Part shown: positions 1 to 9,462 of the stretch, piece after piece
How positions within the stretch are numbered: position 1 is the first letter of the stretch
How the letters are laid out: every line of letters begins with the position of its first letter
Translations under genes and position numbers: made by a program
Assembly (NCBI GenBank): GCA_045863235.1
Contig: BTUM01000037.1
Span: forward strand, 1-64,000
Length of the DNA stretch: 64,000 nt
Direction: 5' to 3'
Source: Candidatus Xenobia bacterium
GTDB taxonomy: Bacteria; Vulcanimicrobiota; Xenobia; Xenobiales; QWHO01
Notes under the pieces: model-generated
What the model was told of the DNA's origin: nothing
Seen by the model: the letters and a program-made list of their open reading frames with translations, nothing else
Database searches by the model: none

Positions 1-22
1 GTCGTTCGGCTTTGCTGAGCAT
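1..22 (-). CDS. 5' end of an unidentified gene running off the window edge (MLSKAER...)
   Basis: ATG at 22, downstream of a TTGACA/TAATCT promoter-like pair; only 7 codons visible. Confidence 0.3.
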
Positions 23-41
23 CGTGAACATTCGCACTGTT

Positions 42-71
42 AGATTACACGAACCTGGGTGTGGCTGTCAA
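42..71 (-). promoter_or_regulatory. Putative sigma70 promoter TTGACA-N18-TAATCT
   Basis: Perfect -35 at 71-66 and -10-like TAATCT at 47-42 on the minus strand, in an AT-richer stretch. Confidence 0.5.
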
Positions 72-289
72 AAGTGCCGATGCCTTAGAATGGCTTGGTT
101 ACAGGAAAATATTGCCTCGTTTGCAGTGGCTTTCCGGACTACCTGGAGCCTCGGGAGAGGGAAATCGCCTGAGAGGGGTTTCCAAGAGCCAGAAGGGGCC
201 TTCTGCGCCTCGAGCGGGGCGATCACGGAGCGGCAGACCGGGAGGGGGCGAACTGGTGTTTGCCTGGAAGATTTCACAGAGGAAGCGGC

Positions 290-964
290 TTAAGGCGAAC
301 GCCCTCCGGCCCACCTCAGACACGGAGACAGACAGCCTGCTGCCGTGTCCCGGCGGCGGTAGCACCGACGCTGGACGCCCGACTGGCTCGGCCACGGGCG
401 GCGACACAGGCTCCACCGGTGGCGCCGTGGCCACCCGTGGACCCGGCGACACAGGTCCTCGCAGGCCGCGACGTCCTCCTCCACCATGGGACGCACGGTA
501 AAACCCTCCGGCAGGGCGCCTTCCAGAGTGCCATGCAACAAAGCCACCGGCTCCTTGACAGAAAAACCCAGCCGGGCGTAAAGCGTGAGCGAGGCCATGT
601 TGAAGCAGTCCTGCATCAGGCGGATGCCCGGGGCACCGCGGCCCTCCTCGATGACCGCCTCCATCAGCAGTCGGCCCACCCCCCGGCCCTGGCCCTCGGG
701 AGCCACCGAAATGGGACCGACGGCAAGAATGGGGTCAACCTTTTGCAGGAAGTTGGAGCCCACCACACGCCCGTCCCGCTCAGCCACGACGGAAAAATTG
801 TGGGGCGAGGCAGCCAGCATGGCGCACACCTGGAGGGCGTAGTCGAGCGAGGGGAAGTCGGGCGGAAAGCCATGCTCGGTTGCGATCGCGCTGAAGGCAC
901 TGTGCAGGATGGCCCCACAGGTCTCGGTGTCTTCCGCACGCATGGAGCGGATCTCGATGCCCAT
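290..964 (-). CDS. GNAT family N-acetyltransferase, probably 3'-truncated or chimeric after about nt 425
   Basis: GNAT motif A (VAPEGQGRGVGRLL) and LYARLGF; a second GNAT repeat begins (VRPMVEEDVAACEDLC) and then degenerates into Arg/Cys/Trp-rich sequence. Confidence 0.8.
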   Translation of the reverse strand: MGIEIRSMRAEDTETCGAILHSAFSAIATEHGFPPDFPSLDYALQVCAMLAASPHNFSVVAERDGRVVGSNFLQKVDPILAVGPISVAPEGQGRGVGRLLMEAVIEEGRGAPGIRLMQDCFNMASLTLYARLGFSVKEPVALLHGTLEGALPEGFTVRPMVEEDVAACEDLCRRVHGWPRRHRWSLCRRPWPSQSGVQRRCYRRRDTAAGCLSPCLRWAGGRSP

Positions 965-1938
965 CAGCCGCGGGCCACCCGGTAGATGAGTCCGCCCAGG
1001 GGTAGCAGGGCGCAGGCGCCCAACAGCGGATGGACGGCCATGGCCGAGCCCACCAGGCGATGGTAGCCATAGCCAGCTGCTCCCAGCAATAGAGCCGTTT
1101 CGCCGTGGGTGCGGGCCACATGGCCGATGCGCCCGTAGATGCGCGCGTCCAGTGCGCTGTCCAGAGCCGGCGCGCGCGCCTCCTGATAGGCGGTGGTGAA
1201 CACATCCAGGTTGTGGCCAGCCCGCTCCGCGTAGTAGCCGAGATCGCGGGCCTTCTTGCCGAACATGCCGCTGGCGTGGAAGGCTCCCTCCTCAAAACGG
1301 GCGTAAGCCAGGTTCTCCATGGGGGCCACCGTCTGGCGGAAAGCCTGCTGGCGCTGGTTGTCGTCCAGTGACGCAAGATTCTGGCGCACCTCGGACGCGG
1401 TCGGCTCGCGCCCGAGCCGGCCCGCCAGCTCGGAGCGGGCCTGGGCGGAAAGGCCAGCCACCGCGCCCACCGTGCACTGGACGACGTGCACCATCTCGTG
1501 CAGCGCCGAAGGGCCGCCCTGGTCGTAGACCTCGAGCCGGGGGAACTTGCCCCAGTTGACCCGGGGGGCGCCACGTCGGAACGAAACGTCCACTCCGTAG
1601 CTTTCGGCCACCAGGGCGAAACGGCTCTGGAAAGCGCGTAGCCGCGTGTCGGTCAGCACCTGACCCTGGCCAAGCTCCTCGAGCAAGCCGTGCAACTCGC
1701 CGCGCAGGTCCTCGAGGGTGGCCCGATCTCCGGCCAGCACCTCGGGCAGCGGCTGGCCGGGCGCTGCCGGCGGCTCCACCGTGGCCCGACGGAGCATGGC
1801 CAGCGGGTCGATCCCGAAGTCGCGCCACACCTTCTGGAAGGTCTCTTTTGGCCCCAGGCTGGGGGCGGGGCGAAAATGCGGTCGCGGCGCCAACCGGGGC
1901 GCAGGCCGATAGTACGCGGAAGCAGCCGCAATCTGCAT
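964..1938 (-). CDS. Hypothetical protein with HEXXH zinc-metallopeptidase-like motif and C-terminal hydrophobic segments
   Basis: SALHEMVHVVQ followed by a downstream E (MENLAY); Pro/Arg-rich leader; stop overlaps the GNAT ATG. Confidence 0.7.
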   Translation of the reverse strand: MQIAAASAYYRPAPRLAPRPHFRPAPSLGPKETFQKVWRDFGIDPLAMLRRATVEPPAAPGQPLPEVLAGDRATLEDLRGELHGLLEELGQGQVLTDTRLRAFQSRFALVAESYGVDVSFRRGAPRVNWGKFPRLEVYDQGGPSALHEMVHVVQCTVGAVAGLSAQARSELAGRLGREPTASEVRQNLASLDDNQRQQAFRQTVAPMENLAYARFEEGAFHASGMFGKKARDLGYYAERAGHNLDVFTTAYQEARAPALDSALDARIYGRIGHVARTHGETALLLGAAGYGYHRLVGSAMAVHPLLGACALLPLGGLIYRVARG

Positions 1939-1947
1939 GGCCTTCGC

Positions 1948-1991
1948 ACTTTATGCCGAGAATGCCGCAAGGTGCGTAACCGGCAAATGAA
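1948..1991 (-). promoter_or_regulatory. Class B direct-repeat promoter TTCAT-N6-GTTAC-N22-TAAAGT
   Basis: Same spacing as the sites upstream of the secA paralogue and the S8 protease. Confidence 0.5.
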
Positions 1992-1994
1992 CAG

Positions 1995-3047
1995 TCAGTC
2001 GCCGACCACGATCTCCACCCCCGCGAACGTGGGCGCCGGCTCGTCGGGACGGCGGAAGAGCCAGCGCAAGAGGTCACGGTAGAAGCCGAAAAGGGGGATC
2101 TCCTGGGCGATCTGGTTGCGCAGCGATTCGCGGTTGGACTTGAAGCTGGTGTGGCTCTCGCGGGTCAATCGCTCGCGCTCGCGGTGGTAACTGCCCAGGG
2201 CCTGGATCTGGATCTCGAACAGGCAGTCCCACCATGACACCACCGACTTGAGGGCAGCCCAGCCGCTGGCCTTGCGGGTTTCCTTGAGGTAGTCCTTGAC
2301 CTCCAGGAACTCCAGCCCCAGCGTGCTCTCCCCCACCGGCACCCGGTGACGTTCGAGAATGGCTGGCTCAAAGCGCAGGGCGCGCAGGGTGCGCTGCAGG
2401 TCGCGCGAGTGGCGCTGGCCGTCCGAGACCACCGCCTTGAGGCCGAACACGTCCTTGACGTAGCGGCTCAGGTGGCGCAGGGTCTTGTCGCGGCGGACCA
2501 GGGCGTCGAGGTGGAAAATCTCGTCCACTACCTTGTTCCAGATCTCCTCCTCGGCCTTGATGCGGCTCAGGAACTTGTGGATGGAATGCTCGTTGGCCCC
2601 GGTGGGCAGATACTCCACGAAGTTGGCCACCAGCAGCGGCTGGCTCCAGCCGTGAGCGCCCTGGACCTGGAGCTTGTGCAGCTCGCGCGTGCCCAGGTCG
2701 AGGTCGGTCTGGGAGTAGAGCGCCCTGGAGGTCAGGTTGCGGGTCACCGTGAAGCGCTCGCCGGTGTCGGGGATCTCGCCCACCACCACGCATTGGAGAT
2801 CATACTCGCCCAGCAGCTCCTCGCTGAGAAGCTCGCAGAGGCGATGCAATCGCTCCTCGCCGCGCCGGATCATGGCCGAGAAGGAATCGCGAGCGGCTTC
2901 CAGAGCAACCGTCGAGAACTCTAGCCGGTGTTTGCCAGGCTTGGAGAGCTCGTCTTTGCGGGCGGTCAGGTAGTCGACCAGCACCGTCAGAGCGCTTTCG
3001 CGGGTGACCATCCATAGAGGAGAGCTCTTGACAGCGGCCGTTCTCAC
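1995..3047 (-). CDS. Divergent RelA/SpoT-type (small alarmone synthetase-like) nucleotidyltransferase domain protein
   Basis: Ordered synthetase motifs RIKxxxExxxK, DVFGLK, KDY, SGWAALK (canonical GYxSxH), FEIQIQ, HTSFK. Confidence 0.7.
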   Translation of the reverse strand: MRTAAVKSSPLWMVTRESALTVLVDYLTARKDELSKPGKHRLEFSTVALEAARDSFSAMIRRGEERLHRLCELLSEELLGEYDLQCVVVGEIPDTGERFTVTRNLTSRALYSQTDLDLGTRELHKLQVQGAHGWSQPLLVANFVEYLPTGANEHSIHKFLSRIKAEEEIWNKVVDEIFHLDALVRRDKTLRHLSRYVKDVFGLKAVVSDGQRHSRDLQRTLRALRFEPAILERHRVPVGESTLGLEFLEVKDYLKETRKASGWAALKSVVSWWDCLFEIQIQALGSYHRERERLTRESHTSFKSNRESLRNQIAQEIPLFGFYRDLLRWLFRRPDEPAPTFAGVEIVVGD

Positions 3048-3217
3048 CGGGTTGCCAACTCTTTCACGACCAGCTCCAGGCCCAGCATCCGGGCCAGGCG
3101 ATCGGGGGCCAGAATCTCCAGATGGGCGCGCAGCTCTCTGGCCAGCCGGGCTTCGGGCCCGGCCGGAGCGCCCAGCGCCAGGGCCGTCAGGAGCAGCCCC
3201 AACAGGAGCGATCTCAC
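3044..3217 (-). CDS. 57-aa small protein with hydrophobic signal-like N-terminus
   Basis: GTG start overlaps the PPIase stop (GTGA) and its own stop overlaps the next GTG, so it is coupled on both sides. Confidence 0.6.
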   Translation of the reverse strand: MRSLLLGLLLTALALGAPAGPEARLARELRAHLEILAPDRLARMLGLELVVKELATR

Positions 3218-3999
3218 TTTTTCTCCGGCGGCTTGACCACCTCGAGCTTGAGGATCTTGTGGGGCTGGACCTGGAGCGTCTTGAGGTAGTTGCCGCCGTC
3301 CTGCCAGAGCAGGTCCTGACGCACCGGCCCGGGCGAGCGGAACTCCTCGGACACCTCCATGCCTTTGGTCACGCGCCCGAAGACGGTGAAGTTCAGTGGC
3401 CGCAGGCCCCCCGAGTTGTCGGCGTAGTTGATGAACACCTGGGTGGAGGCGCTGTCGGGCATGTTGGTCTTGGCAAAGCACAAAGTGCCGCGCTCGAGGG
3501 CAAACAAGCTGGGGTCCTCCTTGAAGTTGGTCTCCTGCTCTTTCTGGAACGGCTTGCGCCAGTTGATGCCGAACTGCACCACGAAGCCGGGCTCCACGCG
3601 GAAGAGCGGGGTGTCATTGTAGAAGCCTGCCTTGACGAGTCCCAGGAAGCGCTTGGCCGAGTTGGGGGCGGCCTGAGGATAGACCTCGAGCAGCATCTCG
3701 CCCGCGTCGGTGGTCATCTTCAGGGGCACCACCTCGGTGATCTCGGGCGCCTTCACGTCGGGAAAGGGCACCAGCCCGTGATAGGCATTGGACGTAGGGC
3801 TGGCCGTGGCCGAGGGCTCCTCGGACGGCGAGGCGGAGGGTGAAGGGGAAGCCGTCTCCGAGGCTGCGGGCGAGGGCGAGGCCGAGGCCGAAGCCACCGG
3901 GGTCTGGGTAACGGGCGGCGGCACGGGCTCGTCCCCGGCGCGGGCGCTGCAACCCACCAGAGTGACCCCCAGACCGACTGCCAGAACGCACTTGAGCAT
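3214..3999 (-). CDS. Cyclophilin-type peptidyl-prolyl cis-trans isomerase, lipoprotein
   Basis: FYNDTPLFRVEPGFVVQFG, RGTLCFA, TQVFIN, FTVFGRV; lipobox LVGC; GGAGG 8 nt before ATG 3999. Confidence 0.92.
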   Translation of the reverse strand: MLKCVLAVGLGVTLVGCSARAGDEPVPPPVTQTPVASASASPSPAASETASPSPSASPSEEPSATASPTSNAYHGLVPFPDVKAPEITEVVPLKMTTDAGEMLLEVYPQAAPNSAKRFLGLVKAGFYNDTPLFRVEPGFVVQFGINWRKPFQKEQETNFKEDPSLFALERGTLCFAKTNMPDSASTQVFINYADNSGGLRPLNFTVFGRVTKGMEVSEEFRSPGPVRQDLLWQDGGNYLKTLQVQPHKILKLEVVKPPEKK

Positions 4000-4016
4000 G
4001 AACATTTCCTCCAGAG

Positions 4017-4892
4017 TTAGCCTTTCTCCGCCATGCGAGGGTCGAGCACGTCGCGCAGCCCGTCGCCGAGCAGATTGCAACCGAGCACCATGGCCATGAT
4101 GGAGAGGCCCGGAAAGGCCACCATCCAGGGGGCTCGCTTGTAGAACTGATAGGTATCGGCCAGAATGGTTCCCCATTCGGGGAAGGGGGCCTTCGCCCCC
4201 AGCCCGAGAAACGACAGTCCGGCCGTGTCCAGCACGGCCGTTCCTACGCCCAGGGCCGCCAGCACGATGAGCGGGTTGAGGCAGTTGGGCAGTACGTGCA
4301 CGAACAGGATGCGCACCGGGCTCGCTCCCAGCGAGCGGGCCGCCTGCACATAGTCGAGCTCGCGGGTGGTCAGCACCGAAGCGCGGGCCTGGCGCCCGAA
4401 GATGGGGATGCCCACCACGCCCACGGCCAGCATGACGTTGCCGAGGCCCTCCCCCAGCACGCTGACGATGGCGATGGCCAGGAGGATGCTGGGGAAGGCC
4501 AGCATCAGGTCGAAAAGGCGCGAGATGACGCTGTCCGTCGCTCCTCCGGCGTAGCCTGCCAGGGCCCCGAGCAGGCCGCCCACCAGGAGCGAGATGGAGA
4601 CCGACAAGAGGCCCACCACCAGCGAGATGCGCGCGCCGAAGAGCAGGCGGCTGAAAAGGTCGCGACCCAGGTTGTCGGTGCCCAACAGGTGGGGAGCCCG
4701 GCCTGGCTTGCTCGAGCTGAACGAGGGAGGCTGGAAGCGCTGGGAGAGGTCCTGGTCGCGATAGCTGTAGGGGGCGATCGCGTCGGCCAGCAGGGCGGCC
4801 AGCACCAGGCCGCTCAACAGCAGGGCTCCCAGTTTGAAGGGGATGCTCTTGAGCAGTTTGCGGAAGACCTCGCGCAGGGGCGACTCAGCCAT
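4017..4892 (-). CDS. dppC: Dipeptide/oligopeptide ABC transporter permease
   Basis: LGTDNLGRDLFSR, EAA loop (YVQAARSLGAS), PEWG. Confidence 0.92.
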   Translation of the reverse strand: MAESPLREVFRKLLKSIPFKLGALLLSGLVLAALLADAIAPYSYRDQDLSQRFQPPSFSSSKPGRAPHLLGTDNLGRDLFSRLLFGARISLVVGLLSVSISLLVGGLLGALAGYAGGATDSVISRLFDLMLAFPSILLAIAIVSVLGEGLGNVMLAVGVVGIPIFGRQARASVLTTRELDYVQAARSLGASPVRILFVHVLPNCLNPLIVLAALGVGTAVLDTAGLSFLGLGAKAPFPEWGTILADTYQFYKRAPWMVAFPGLSIMAMVLGCNLLGDGLRDVLDPRMAEKG

Positions 4893-5883
4893 AGCGCACC
4901 CTGGGATCGAGCCAGGCGTAGAGCATGTCCACCAGCAAATTGACCAGTGAGACGGCCAGCGCGATGGCCAGCACCGAGCCCTGCACCAGCGGGTAGTCGC
5001 GCGACTTGACCGCCTCCACCACCAGTCGCCCCACGCCGTCGATGGAGAAGACGGTCTCGGTCATGACCGCTCCCCCGAGCAAGTAGCCGAACTGCAGCCC
5101 GATGGCGGTCACGATGGGGATCATGGCGTTGGGCAGGGCGTGACCCCAGAGCACCTGGCCCTCGGTCAGCCCCTTGGCCCGGGCCGTGCGGATATAGTCC
5201 TGACCGAGCACCTCCAGCATCGAGGAGCGCGTCATCCGAGCGATCATGGCCAGGGGCACGCTGCTCAGCGTGACGGCCGGAAGCACCAGGTGGCCCAGCA
5301 CGTCCACCAGGTTGGCCGGGTTGCCGCTGAGCATGGCGTCCAGCACGTAGAAGCCGGTGGGATGGGGAAATTCGAGACTGGCGCGGCCCGAGAAGAAGAA
5401 CCAGCCCAGATAATAAGGGAAGATCAGCACCAGCATGAGGCCCAGCCAGAAGACGGGCACCGAGATGCCGACCAGCGAGACGGTGGTGCCCAGCACGTCC
5501 TGCCAGCCGCCCCGGCGCACCGCCGCCACCACTCCCAGGGGAATGCCCAGCACGGTGGCGATGCAAAGGGCGGCCACGGTCAGCTCGATGGTGGCCGGAA
5601 AGGCCCGGGCCAACTCCTCGGTGACCGGGGTGTGGCGGTGGATGGACGAGCCCATGTCGCCCTGCGCCAGCCTGGCCGCGTAGCGCAAGTACTGCTCGGG
5701 CAGGCTGCGATCCAGGCCCAGGTCGCGCCGCAGGGCATCGATCTGCTCGGCGCTGGCTCGCTCGCCGAGCATGACCCGCACCGGGTCGCCCGGGATCATG
5801 TGGATCAACAGAAAGGTCAGCAGGGTGATGCCGATCACCACCGGGATCAGCTCCACCGAGCGCCGGGCCAGGAACCGCTTCAC
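4885..5883 (-). CDS. dppB: Dipeptide/oligopeptide ABC transporter permease
   Basis: IPGDP, LGLD...QY, DYIRTARAKGL, RDYPLVQG. Confidence 0.93.
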   Translation of the reverse strand: MKRFLARRSVELIPVVIGITLLTFLLIHMIPGDPVRVMLGERASAEQIDALRRDLGLDRSLPEQYLRYAARLAQGDMGSSIHRHTPVTEELARAFPATIELTVAALCIATVLGIPLGVVAAVRRGGWQDVLGTTVSLVGISVPVFWLGLMLVLIFPYYLGWFFFSGRASLEFPHPTGFYVLDAMLSGNPANLVDVLGHLVLPAVTLSSVPLAMIARMTRSSMLEVLGQDYIRTARAKGLTEGQVLWGHALPNAMIPIVTAIGLQFGYLLGGAVMTETVFSIDGVGRLVVEAVKSRDYPLVQGSVLAIALAVSLVNLLVDMLYAWLDPRVRYG

Positions 5884-7493
5884 TTGCTCTTCCAGCGCGC
5901 CTTTCGCAGTTGCAGCGTGCCGGTGGGGTGCAGCTCGAAGCCCTCCAGCTCGGGGTGGCTGGCGGCCAGCTGGGAGACGTAGACCATGGGCAGGCAGGGG
6001 GCGTCCTGGTGGATCAGCTCCTGAGCCTTCTCATACAGCTTGGTGCGCTCGGCCTGATCGGTGAGGGCCTGAGCTTTGACGAGCAGGCCGTGCACCTCCG
6101 GGCTGGTATACATGCAGACGTTGGAGCCGCCCCGCTTGGTGTCGACGTTGCCGCTGTCGAACAGGGTGTAGAGGAAGTTGTCCGGGTCGCCGTTGTCTGC
6201 GATCCAGCCAGACAGGCCTACCTGGTGCTCGCCCTGGCCGAGGGCCTCGAGGTAACTCGACCACTCGCGCGACTTGACGTCCACCTGGATGCCCACCTCG
6301 CCCCACTGGGCCTGGAGCACCTCGGCGATCACCTTGGGCTCGGGGAAGTAGGTGCGGGGCACGCTCATGTAAGAGATCTCGAGCTTGAGGCCCTCGTGGC
6401 CGGCCTCTTTGAGAAGCTCGCGGGCCTTCTCGGGGTTGTACTCGTAGGGCAGCTCCTTGCGCCCCCAGATGCCGGGCGGGACGGGCGAATTGGCGACTTT
6501 GGCCAGACCGTGGTAGAGCTCGTCCACGATCTGCTGGCGGTTGACCGCAAGACAGAGGGCCTGGCGCACCTTCGGATCGTCGAGCGGTTTCTTCTGGGTG
6601 TTGAAGCTGAGGTAGCCCAGGTTGAGTCCGGGCTGCTCGGCCACCTTGACGGCCGGGTTCTTGCTCAGCTCGGGGTAGTTCTCGAGCTGCAGCCCGGTGA
6701 TCAGCTGCACCGCGCCGCGCTCGAGCTGCAGCTGGCGGCTCGTGTTCTCGGGGATGGGCTTGAAGGTGATGCGGTCGAGCGGCGGGCGGCCATCCCAGTA
6801 ATCTTGATTGGCCTCGATGACCAACCGGTCGCCGGGCAGCCACTCCACGAACTTGAAGGGCCCCGTGCCTACGGGCTGCTTGAAGGCGTCGCGCCCTGAC
6901 TTCTTCAGCGCCGCCGGCGAGGCGATGCCGAAAAACGGCATGGCCAGGTTGGAGAGAAAGGGCGCGATGGGCTCCTTGAGGTGAAAGCGCACCGTGTGCT
7001 CATCCACCGCTTCGATCTTGGTGATGCGGCCGCCCCAGACGTCGCTCCAGTAGCTGAAGGTGGCCCCGGGATAGCGCAGGGGATGGTTGGGGACGTACTG
7101 GCGCTCGAAGTTGTCCACTACGGCTTTGGCGTTGAAAGGGGTGCCGTCGTGGAATTTGACCCCCTGGCGCAGCTTGAGGGTCCAGGTCTTGCCATCCGGG
7201 CTGGCCTTCCACTCGGTGGCCAGCGAGGGCTCCACCTCGGCCGAGCCGCTCTTGAAGCGCAGCAGCGTGTCGAACAGGTTGGCCGTGATCTGGGAGGACT
7301 CGGCGTCGGTCACGTCAGCCGGATCGAGCCCCTTGGGGTCGCCGGGCTTTCCCACCACCAGGGTGTTGCCCTCGGGACGAGCCGGGGGCGTGCCGGTGGC
7401 GGCGCCGCTCTGGCCGGCAGGCTGCGAGCAACCCGGCAGCCAGAGCAGGAAGAGCAGCAGGGCGAGAATTTTCGACCGTCGCTGAATGCTCAC
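5880..7493 (-). CDS. dppA: Peptide ABC transporter substrate-binding lipoprotein (family 5)
   Basis: Lipobox LPGC, LRQGVKFHDG, PVGTGPFKF, GWIADNGDPDNFL; GTG start overlaps the upstream stop. Confidence 0.92.
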   Translation of the reverse strand: MSIQRRSKILALLLFLLWLPGCSQPAGQSGAATGTPPARPEGNTLVVGKPGDPKGLDPADVTDAESSQITANLFDTLLRFKSGSAEVEPSLATEWKASPDGKTWTLKLRQGVKFHDGTPFNAKAVVDNFERQYVPNHPLRYPGATFSYWSDVWGGRITKIEAVDEHTVRFHLKEPIAPFLSNLAMPFFGIASPAALKKSGRDAFKQPVGTGPFKFVEWLPGDRLVIEANQDYWDGRPPLDRITFKPIPENTSRQLQLERGAVQLITGLQLENYPELSKNPAVKVAEQPGLNLGYLSFNTQKKPLDDPKVRQALCLAVNRQQIVDELYHGLAKVANSPVPPGIWGRKELPYEYNPEKARELLKEAGHEGLKLEISYMSVPRTYFPEPKVIAEVLQAQWGEVGIQVDVKSREWSSYLEALGQGEHQVGLSGWIADNGDPDNFLYTLFDSGNVDTKRGGSNVCMYTSPEVHGLLVKAQALTDQAERTKLYEKAQELIHQDAPCLPMVYVSQLAASHPELEGFELHPTGTLQLRKARWKSK

Positions 7494-8686
7494 AGACGGC
7501 TCCTCTGGGGGTCTTCCTGGGGAGAAGGCTCGCCCAGCGGGCCTTCCTCCCCGCCCACCTCGGGTGAAGGCGAAGGGGCGGCATCCGGCGAGGCCTCGGG
7601 CACGGGGGTCTCCTCCTGCACCGAGCCCGGGGTGGCCCCGCCTGGCTCGATGCGAGTATCGGTGGAGGTGGCCGTGGGAGCCGGCACGGGCCGCCCGGGC
7701 ACCTTGACGTCCTGGCTGGAGTCGAACGGGTTGACGGTGCGCGGCTGGAAGCTGCACACCCGGTTGTTCTTCGAGTCGGCCACGTAGATCGTGCCGTCGG
7801 GGCCCTGGGCCGCCTGCTGGGGCTGCTCGAACTGGCCCGCCATGTCTCCCTTCTTGCCCCAGCGATACATGTAGGTTCCCTGGGGCGAGAACTTCTGCAG
7901 CCGGTTGTTGCCCGAGTCGACCACGATGACGTTCTGGTCCAGGTCGACGATCACGTCGGTGGGCTGATCCAGCTCGCCGTCCTTTTTCCCGTGCAGTCCC
8001 CAGGCGTTGAGCAGCTGGCCGTCCTTGGTGAAGCGCTGGATGCGGTGGTTGCCTTTGTCGGCAACGATCAGGTTGCCCTGGTTATCGGTGGCCACTCCCC
8101 AGGGCTCGTTGAACTTGCCCAGATCGGTGCCCTGCTCGCCCAGCATCAAGAGGACGCTGCCATCGGGCCCAAACTTCTGGATGCGATGGTTGCGCGAGTC
8201 GGCCACCCACATGTTGTTCTGGTTGTCGAAGGCGATGCCGATGGGATGGCTGAACTCGCCCGCCCGGTTGCCCAGCTGGCCCACCTGAGCGATGAACTTG
8301 GTGCCGTTGGCCGTGATGCGGAACTTCTGCAGGCGGTGATTGCCCGTGTCCGAGACCCACAGGTTGGACTCGCGGTCCACCGCCAGCCGCATGGCTTCGT
8401 GGAACTGCACGTGGTCTGAGCCGGTGGTGCCGAACACGAAGATCAGCTTGCCTTCGGGGGTGAAGCGCTGGATCCGGCCATTGCCGGTATCGGCCACGTA
8501 GATGTTGCCGCTGGGGTCGGCGGCCACCCCGCAGGGCCAGTTGAACTGACCCATCTGGCTGCCCTTCTTGCCGATGGAGGCCTGGTAGCTGGGCGGGCCG
8601 TCCCCCTGGGTGAGCACCACGATGCCCACGGCCAGGACGCCGAGCAGCACCAGGATGATCAGGATCCAGATCAGCTTCTTGCTCAA
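7490..8686 (-). CDS. Membrane-anchored NHL-repeat beta-propeller protein
   Basis: N-terminal TM; six FxxPxGxAxD...VADxxNxRIQxF repeats; Pro/Glu-rich tail. Confidence 0.9.
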   Translation of the reverse strand: MSKKLIWILIILVLLGVLAVGIVVLTQGDGPPSYQASIGKKGSQMGQFNWPCGVAADPSGNIYVADTGNGRIQRFTPEGKLIFVFGTTGSDHVQFHEAMRLAVDRESNLWVSDTGNHRLQKFRITANGTKFIAQVGQLGNRAGEFSHPIGIAFDNQNNMWVADSRNHRIQKFGPDGSVLLMLGEQGTDLGKFNEPWGVATDNQGNLIVADKGNHRIQRFTKDGQLLNAWGLHGKKDGELDQPTDVIVDLDQNVIVVDSGNNRLQKFSPQGTYMYRWGKKGDMAGQFEQPQQAAQGPDGTIYVADSKNNRVCSFQPRTVNPFDSSQDVKVPGRPVPAPTATSTDTRIEPGGATPGSVQEETPVPEASPDAAPSPSPEVGGEEGPLGEPSPQEDPQRSRL

Positions 8687-9300
8687 GCGGGTGCTGCCTC
8701 CTCACTGACCTCTTCCCAGGGAAAGCGCTCGACCCGACTGGTGCGGCACAGCTCGGCCGTCATGATGGCCTCGAGCTGGGCCACCGCCTCATCCACGTGC
8801 TGGTTGATCACCCGATAGGCATAGTGGCGGATCTGGGCCAGCTCGGTGCGGGCCGTCAACAGGCGTTTGGCGATCTGATCGGGCGACTCGGTGCCGCGCG
8901 AAACCAGCCGCTGCCGCAGGGTGGGCAGATCGGGCGGGGCCAGAAACACGAACACGGCGTTGGGGGCGCGCTTCATCACCTGCAGTCCGCCCTGAACGTC
9001 GATATCGAGCACCACGTTCTTCCCTGTCTCGAGCTGCTGCTCCACGAAGTCGCGAGGCGTGCCGTAGAAGTGATCGAACACCTCCGACCACTCCAGGAAC
9101 TTGTTCTCCTCCACCCAGCGCTCGAAGCCCTCGTGGTTGAGAAAGAAGTAGTGCTTGCCATTCTCTTCCTGAGGGCGAGCGGGCCGGGTGGTGGCCGAGA
9201 TGGAGAAGACGCAGTCGTTGCGACGCGAGAGCAGGCGCTCGAGCACGGTGCCCTTGCCCACGCCGGAAGGGCCGGAAACGACCAGAAGCAGACCTTTCAA
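8683..9300 (-). CDS. gmk: Guanylate kinase
   Basis: SGPSGVGKGT, SATTRPARPQEENGKHYFF, YGT, LDIDVQG; only the last ~205 codons of the long ORF are real, TTG start inferred. Confidence 0.95.
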   Translation of the reverse strand: MKGLLLVVSGPSGVGKGTVLERLLSRRNDCVFSISATTRPARPQEENGKHYFFLNHEGFERWVEENKFLEWSEVFDHFYGTPRDFVEQQLETGKNVVLDIDVQGGLQVMKRAPNAVFVFLAPPDLPTLRQRLVSRGTESPDQIAKRLLTARTELAQIRHYAYRVINQHVDEAVAQLEAIMTAELCRTSRVERFPWEEVSEEAAPA

Positions 9301-9429
9301 AGCAGGGCCAACCTTTCCACCGTTCGGGGGTGAACCAGATTCAATGCCGTTGAGGCTCTCCCGCCCGAGTGTCGCGACCTGGGAATGCAGCCGAATTCTT
9401 GCGCGGAGGCCAGAAGTCCTATCGAACAA

Positions 9430-9453
9430 AGGTTTGCTAACCCGAGCCGAGAA
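9430..9453 (+). promoter_or_regulatory. sigmaH-like promoter AGGT-N16-AGAA
   Basis: Recurrent motif, 9 nt before the rqcH GTG. Confidence 0.55.
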
Positions 9454-9462
9454 TCGTCCGGC

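Noticed and set aside
1..290. Possible IS end or transposase start, or LexA boxes, in the lower-GC left edge
   Set aside because: Only 7 codons are visible, there is no terminal repeat partner, and the GAAC-N4-GTTC matches have two or more mismatches.
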